Virus record (IMG/VR): IMGVR_UViG_2595698755_000001
Location: 1-64,000 of that record
Strand: one strand, 5' to 3'
DNA: 64,000 nt
From: a virus
Lineage: Duplodnaviria; Caudoviricetes
Each line of letters starts with the position of its first letter. The stretch's first letter is position 1. Made by a program: the position numbers and the translations under genes. The notes under the pieces are model-generated. The model worked only from the letters and a program-made list of their open reading frames with translations, was not told where the DNA came from and ran no database searches. Shown piece after piece: positions 58,640 to 64,000 of the stretch.

Positions 58640-58908
58640 TATGGAAGAGAAGAAAGAAATTCATAATGATTTGGTTTGAGTATCATCTTACATGGATAAA
58701 GAAAACTAAAGGGAAACACGTTTGGCACATGGCTATTGGTAAGTGTCCACAGTGTAGAGAATCATTCACCAAGCCTTTTCTATTACATCAAAATTGTGCG
58801 TATGTAGACGAACTATCAAACTACTACTGGGCTTGTGGAAGATGTCAAGAAGAAATATATGATAGATATCAAGATATGTGGGATGAATATAACGCAAGTA
58901 GATATTAA
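58636..58908 (+). CDS. Cys-rich hypothetical protein
   Basis: CPQC, CGRC. Confidence 0.55.
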   Translation: MIWKRRKKFIMIWFEYHLTWIKKTKGKHVWHMAIGKCPQCRESFTKPFLLHQNCAYVDELSNYYWACGRCQEEIYDRYQDMWDEYNASRY

Positions 58909-58921
58909 GGAGGAAGATAAT

Positions 58922-59188
58922 ATGAGAAAATTATTTGCAGGTATTTTAATTGGTCTAGCAGTTATCATGGCAATCTATGTTGGGGTATTCCTAATGCTAG
59001 GTGGAGGAATTATGGGTATCATTTCAGTGTTGACAGCAGGAGCAGGTGCATCTGTTTTAGGATGGAGTCTAGTTAAGATTCTGTTTGCAGGGTTAGCAGG
59101 ATGGTTAACATTCGCTGTATTCTGGTTACCTGCTATGGTGTTAATTGGTAAACCAAAACGAAAAGGACTGGGTAAAAAATTATGGTAA
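58922..59188 (+). CDS. Membrane protein
   Basis: Hydrophobic; AAGGAGG SD. Confidence 0.65.
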   Translation: MRKLFAGILIGLAVIMAIYVGVFLMLGGGIMGIISVLTAGAGASVLGWSLVKILFAGLAGWLTFAVFWLPAMVLIGKPKRKGLGKKLW

Positions 59189-59436
59189 ATATAATTCATG
59201 AAAGATTTCCAGAGTTTGGTAATGCTACAAATGAAGATGATTTATTAGAAGAAGTATTTAAAGCAAAAGTTGCGTTTGGGAAAGATATAAAAGTAGTTTT
59301 TCATCCAAAATACTATAGAGATTGCTTCCAAGACAATTCAAAAAAATCTACTTTTGATGCACGAGTAGCAGGTATATCTTTTGAATTGTCAATATTGGTT
59401 GATACATACGTGTTAGAATTTATAGAAAGAGGATGA
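59182..59436 (+). CDS. Hypothetical protein
   Basis: ORF in operon. Confidence 0.5.
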   Translation: MVNIIHERFPEFGNATNEDDLLEEVFKAKVAFGKDIKVVFHPKYYRDCFQDNSKKSTFDARVAGISFELSILVDTYVLEFIERG

Positions 59437-59510
59437 TGAAAATCATCCTTTTCTTCTTGACAAGAACAAAAATAAATGATATAATAGGTTTTACAGAAGG
59501 GATGATGCTA

Positions 59511-60269
59511 ATGAAAATTTTAAACAGAAACGTTGTTATGAAAGCTTTAGTTGGGTCAAATAATTACAATTTACAAACAGAAGAAAGAGTGATTGATGGT
59601 CGTATTATTCTTGCTTCTGACAAGGATTACAAAGCATTTATCACACCTACGTTTGAAGAGTTGTATCGTAAAACTATGTTTGCAAAGTCTGAAATTGGGA
59701 CTACAGAAGACATCGAGATTCATGATGTCCGTAAGCTTCCAGACCTGTTCTGGAAAGCAAGCTTAAACTACCTTGAACCATTATATTCTAAGGAATTGTG
59801 GATGGATGGTAGTATTGAAATGCAAGAGATTTACAATCTTCGACAAGAAATCTTTAATATGAATCTGCCTACAATGATTAAAGCGTTGTACGGAACATAT
59901 CGTCAGAAGATGAAGTTATTACCTAAAGGAACTGAAAGTACACAAGTGTTGGTTGATTTATTCGGCTACGACACGAAACAAGGTCAACATGCATATCGAC
60001 ATCTTGATTTTGCAATTAAGTATGCAGAATTAGATTTCAAGAATCCAGAACAAGCATTTAGATATTCTGGTGGAGATTTAGATTTCATGACAGAAATGAA
60101 GTTTGGGTCATTCCGTCAAGAGGTGCTTGAAAACATGCTTCAATTTATCGAGGAATCACGATTCAAACATATTGAAAGTAAGTATATGGAAGCGAAACCA
60201 AATGAAGAATTGAAAGAGCATGTTGACAATTTAATCATGAGTATCGTAAGAAAAAATCTAGTAGCATAA
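59511..60269 (+). CDS. Pol-beta-superfamily nucleotidyltransferase
   Basis: VGSNNYNL ... SDKDY motif; YDTKQ..HAYR. Confidence 0.75.
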   Translation: MKILNRNVVMKALVGSNNYNLQTEERVIDGRIILASDKDYKAFITPTFEELYRKTMFAKSEIGTTEDIEIHDVRKLPDLFWKASLNYLEPLYSKELWMDGSIEMQEIYNLRQEIFNMNLPTMIKALYGTYRQKMKLLPKGTESTQVLVDLFGYDTKQGQHAYRHLDFAIKYAELDFKNPEQAFRYSGGDLDFMTEMKFGSFRQEVLENMLQFIEESRFKHIESKYMEAKPNEELKEHVDNLIMSIVRKNLVA

Positions 60270-60328
60270 CTTGACAACAATTAAAAATAATGATATAATA
60301 GTAACATCAAGTATTGGAGGATGATTGA

Positions 60329-62284
60329 ATGTCAAACATCAAAAAATTGTCAGAGAAAGAAAAAGTACGAAGAAAGATATCCGTATGGCTAGGTGCTTCC
60401 AACCACATAGCTGTACTACATACGATTAAAGAAATTGTCGGCAATAGTGCCGATGAAGTAAACAAGGGTAATGGTGATGAGATTATCATTACTCGACACA
60501 GCGACAAGAAAATAACAATTAAAGATAACTGTCAAGGATTACCATTAGAGGGTAAGAATGAAGATGGTATCGAGAATTATAAATTGTTATTTGAAACATT
60601 GTTTGCAGGTACAAAATATGATAATGGTATTGAGAATAGTGACTATACAGTTGGTACGAACGGTGTATTCAACACTGTATTGACATTCTCATCTGAGGAC
60701 GTTACGTTTGAAGTAGCAAGACCAGACGGTAATGTTTATTCAATCTCTTATCATAAAGGTGACAATGTAAGTCCGTTACAAGTAATTGGCAAGTCGTCTG
60801 AGACATATACAAAGATTACATATCAATTGGACGATGACATTTTTGAAGACAACTATTTTGAAGTTGGAGAAATGTCAGAAATTGCATCTCAACAAGCATC
60901 GTTAATTAAGGGTAAAGTTATTGTTGTAGATGAAGTTGAAGAGACAGAAGAAACTTTTGTCTATGAAAATGGCATTATCGACTTCTTAACAGAACAAACA
61001 GAAGAATTGAATGACCTGCATGAAATGATTGTATTCCAGAAAGAAATTTCTCATGCAACAAAACAAGAAGGTAAAGATGTTACTGATGATGTCAAGGTTT
61101 CAATTGCAATGAAATATACAAAGGAAGACGATGAGCCTACCCAAATCGAGTTTCTTAACGGTAGTAACTTAATTAATCATGGTACAATCTATGATGGAAT
61201 GGTTGCAGGAATGCGTAACATTGTCAATCGTTATTTAAAGGACAATAACATGTATAAGAAGGACGAAAAGCAAATCACAAAAGATGATGTAATTGTTGGA
61301 TTGAATTACGTTATTGATTTCAAATCGTACTTCCCTGTTTATGCGAGTCAGACAAAATTCGCTTCATACGTAAAGTATTATGAAGACGTAATGAAGAATG
61401 CGTTAGAGTCTTTCTTTGAATCATACATAGTTGAAAATAAGACTGACATGGATGCAATTGCTAAAAAGGTATTAATCACAAAACAGAGTCGTGAGAGAGC
61501 AGAGAAGACTCGTATGGACTTCAAGAAGAAGTTTTCTACTCCTGTACATAATATTACATCACCAGTTGATGGATTCGTTAGCTGTACATCTCAAGACCCT
61601 AGCAAGACAGAAGTATATCTTGTAGAAGGTAAATCGGCTCTTGGCTCAACACAACAAGGTCGTGACCCAGAAATTCAAGCAATCTATGCATTACGTGGTA
61701 AGATTCTGAACTGTCTGAAAGCACCATATGATAGAATTTTCAGTAATGATATTATCGTAGATTTAATTAAGATTCTAGGTTGTGGTGTGGAAGTCAAGAA
61801 TAAACATGCAAAAGATTTAAATACTTTCGACATTGAGAAATTAAAATGGTCAAAAGTAATCATTGCAACTGATGCAGACGTTGACGGATTTCACATTCGA
61901 ACACTTATCTTAACTATGATTTACCGTCTAATGCCTACGTTAATTGAAGAAGGATATATCTACATAGCTGAATCACCATTATATGAAATTACACAAAATG
62001 ATAAATCTGTATTTGCATATAGTGATAAAGAGAAGGATGAAATTGTAGCAACTATGACAGGAAACTACACAATCCAACGCTCTAAAGGACTAGGTGAGAA
62101 TACAGCAGAAATGATGTGGGATACTACAATGAATCCAGAGACTCGTAGACTAATCAAAATCACACCAGATGGTCTTGAAGAGACTGCGGAAGCATTTGAA
62201 TTATTTTTAGGTGATAATCTAGAAGGGCGTAAAGAATATATTGAAGAACATTTACATGAATATATCGAAAATATGCTTGACTAA
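60329..62284 (+). CDS. Type IIA topoisomerase subunit B (GyrB/ParE-like)
   Basis: EIVGNSADE, GTNGV, VEGKSA, LRGKILN, IATDADVDG, QRSKGLGE. Confidence 0.95.
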   Translation: MSNIKKLSEKEKVRRKISVWLGASNHIAVLHTIKEIVGNSADEVNKGNGDEIIITRHSDKKITIKDNCQGLPLEGKNEDGIENYKLLFETLFAGTKYDNGIENSDYTVGTNGVFNTVLTFSSEDVTFEVARPDGNVYSISYHKGDNVSPLQVIGKSSETYTKITYQLDDDIFEDNYFEVGEMSEIASQQASLIKGKVIVVDEVEETEETFVYENGIIDFLTEQTEELNDLHEMIVFQKEISHATKQEGKDVTDDVKVSIAMKYTKEDDEPTQIEFLNGSNLINHGTIYDGMVAGMRNIVNRYLKDNNMYKKDEKQITKDDVIVGLNYVIDFKSYFPVYASQTKFASYVKYYEDVMKNALESFFESYIVENKTDMDAIAKKVLITKQSRERAEKTRMDFKKKFSTPVHNITSPVDGFVSCTSQDPSKTEVYLVEGKSALGSTQQGRDPEIQAIYALRGKILNCLKAPYDRIFSNDIIVDLIKILGCGVEVKNKHAKDLNTFDIEKLKWSKVIIATDADVDGFHIRTLILTMIYRLMPTLIEEGYIYIAESPLYEITQNDKSVFAYSDKEKDEIVATMTGNYTIQRSKGLGENTAEMMWDTTMNPETRRLIKITPDGLEETAEAFELFLGDNLEGRKEYIEEHLHEYIENMLD

Positions 62285-62329
62285 CACCAAAAATAATGAT
62301 ATAATGTAAACATAGAAAGGAATGATATA

Positions 62330-64000
62330 ATGGTAACTGTAATTGAACAAAATATTATTGATGCAATAAGAGGGAATTATATGCCATATACAGCGCATGT
62401 AATTTTAGACCGAGCATTACCAGAGATTGATGGATTTAAACCTTCACAAAGACGTATTCTTGAGACTGCTAGACGAATGGGGTTGTTGAATGGAGCACGT
62501 AAGAAGTCACAAGGGATTGTAGGACAAACAATGTTTCTACATCCTCATGGTGACGGTGCAATCTATGAAACTCTAGTACGTATGGCTAGGGATGCAGAAG
62601 CCTTATCGTATCCGTTAATTGATTCTAAAGGTAACTTTGGAAAGCAGTATTCAAAGAATATGCAGTACGCTTCTGCACGTTATACGGAAGCAAAACTAGA
62701 ACCAATTGCAAAAGAATTGTTTAAAGACATCAATAAAAATACAGTGGATATGATAGATAGCTATGATGGAACGTTGAAAGAACCTAAGTTTCTTCCTGTA
62801 ACACTTCCATTCATTCTATTAAACCCACAAAGTGGTATCGCAAATGGTATGGCATCAAGTATTGCACCATTCAATTTGAATGAGGTTGTAGACTACTTCA
62901 TTGCATACCTAAAGAGTCCAAAGACTGCTAGAGTGTCAGATTACATTAAAGCACCAGATTTCTCAACAGGTGGAAATGTAATCTATGATAAGGATACTTT
63001 TGAGCGTATCTTTGAAACGGGTCGTGGAACATTCGTGATTCGTGCTACATATAAAATTGTTGACGATGGTATTATCTTTGAAGAGATGCCTTACACTGCA
63101 ACATTTGAAGCAATTATTGCAAAGATTGTTGAATTAGTTAAAGGTGGTAAGATTAAAGATATCGTGAATGTCAATGACATTTATGGTATTAAGTCTAAAG
63201 GTATTAAAGTTACGACTAAGAAGAATACAGACAAAGAAGCCTTAGTTGAGAAGCTTTTCCGAATGACACCTTTACAATCAACATATCCATGTAACTTCAA
63301 TCTTATTGTTAATGGTACTCCTAGAGTATTAGGAATCAAGGGAATTGCTCATGAGTGGATTCGATTCAGAGCAGATGCAATCAAGCGTGGCTTGAACTTT
63401 GATATGACTAAAAAGATTGAGAAACGTCATCTATTACTTGCACTTAAACAAGTATTATTAGATGTTGATAAAGCAATCAAGATTATTCGTGAAACAAAAT
63501 CTAATAAAGAAGTAGTAGCAAATCTTATGAATGCCTTTGAGATTGACGAGAAGCAAGCAGAATACGTTTCAGAGATTAAACTGAGACACTTGAACAAAGA
63601 GTATTTAATTGAGCGTACAGATGAAATTGCAACGATTGAGGATGAAGTGATTGACCTTAAAGATTTAATTGGAAGTCGTCAACGTATTGCTGAATTGCTT
63701 ATCAATGAATTAGAAGAAGGTAAAAAGAATTATGGTAAAGAGCGTAGAACTGGAATCATTGAAGCGACAGCAGTAGCTAAAGCTGAAAAGAAAGTAGTTG
63801 AGATTGAAGATTACAATGTCAAAGTATTCCTTACTAAAGAAGGTTACTTGAAGAAAATTCCATTAACTTCATTACGTGGAAACTTCACGATGAAGGTTAA
63901 AGATGGAGATGAAATTGTTTCCGAGATTGATACAACTAACAATTCAGATGTATTAGTATTCACAAGCGGTCACAACTGCTACAAGTACAAACTGCATGAA
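62330..64000 (+). CDS. Type IIA topoisomerase subunit A (GyrA/ParC-like), truncated by the window end
   Basis: Read by eye: DRALPEIDGFKPSQRRIL, HPHGD, GNFG, SARYTE, PDFSTGG. Confidence 0.93.
   Translation, partial: MVTVIEQNIIDAIRGNYMPYTAHVILDRALPEIDGFKPSQRRILETARRMGLLNGARKKSQGIVGQTMFLHPHGDGAIYETLVRMARDAEALSYPLIDSKGNFGKQYSKNMQYASARYTEAKLEPIAKELFKDINKNTVDMIDSYDGTLKEPKFLPVTLPFILLNPQSGIANGMASSIAPFNLNEVVDYFIAYLKSPKTARVSDYIKAPDFSTGGNVIYDKDTFERIFETGRGTFVIRATYKIVDDGIIFEEMPYTATFEAIIAKIVELVKGGKIKDIVNVNDIYGIKSKGIKVTTKKNTDKEALVEKLFRMTPLQSTYPCNFNLIVNGTPRVLGIKGIAHEWIRFRADAIKRGLNFDMTKKIEKRHLLLALKQVLLDVDKAIKIIRETKSNKEVVANLMNAFEIDEKQAEYVSEIKLRHLNKEYLIERTDEIATIEDEVIDLKDLIGSRQRIAELLINELEEGKKNYGKERRTGIIEATAVAKAEKKVVEIEDYNVKVFLTKEGYLKKIPLTSLRGNFTMKVKDGDEIVSEIDTTNNSDVLVFTSGHNCYKYKLHE

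Larger units (their letters stand above)
8566..62305 (+). promoter_or_regulatory. Class II promoter family TTGACA...A-tract-TAATG(A/G)TATA(A/C)T
   Basis: -35 at 8566, 10719, 12238, 18183, 25502, 27848, 31043, 31869, 34701, 36898, 38193, 40935, 43132, 44289, 47642, 49085, 51369, 55814, 59457, 60271, 62277. Confidence 0.8.

Noticed and set aside
7424-60507. Numerous minus-strand ORFs in the rightward region
   Set aside because: All overlap well-supported plus-strand genes and lack an SD or promoter.
1-64000. tRNA or rRNA genes
   Set aside because: No cloverleaf or T-loop GTTCGA context recognised by eye; a tRNAscan run would be needed to exclude them fully.

Overview
This window is a 64-kb segment of a large, AT-rich Bacillus-type phage. 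Its gene content and order resemble SPbeta and the large Bacillus cereus-group siphoviruses: a YopR/MrpR-like repressor, YorG/H/I/J/K-like replication genes and a GyrB/GyrA-type topoisomerase. Layout: (i) 1-7190, a short leftward operon between two long non-coding, repeat-rich blocks; (ii) 7190-34700, a rightward early region of small, mostly hypothetical genes with many sigmaA promoters, including a protein kinase, an Ocr-like DNA mimic, a zinc peptidase, a methyltransferase, PnuC-NadR and SprT; (iii) 35000-47600, repressor and replication genes plus a MazE-like antitoxin; (iv) 47700-60300, a second accessory array with an HD alarmone hydrolase, macrodomain, GIY-YIG, HNH, NADAR and nucleotidyltransferase; (v) topoisomerase genes running off the right end. 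Main unexplained signals: about 17 ATAAAA-N6-TTTTAT sites placed exactly at gene junctions, four of them with an arm motif 35 bp upstream (a candidate integron-like cassette system or operator network); a palindromic operator built around the -35 box of 14 early promoters; and restriction-site avoidance so strong that I found no Ala-Ala, Gly-Pro or Pro-Gly dipeptide in the proteins. All family calls come from motif recognition by eye; no searches were run.
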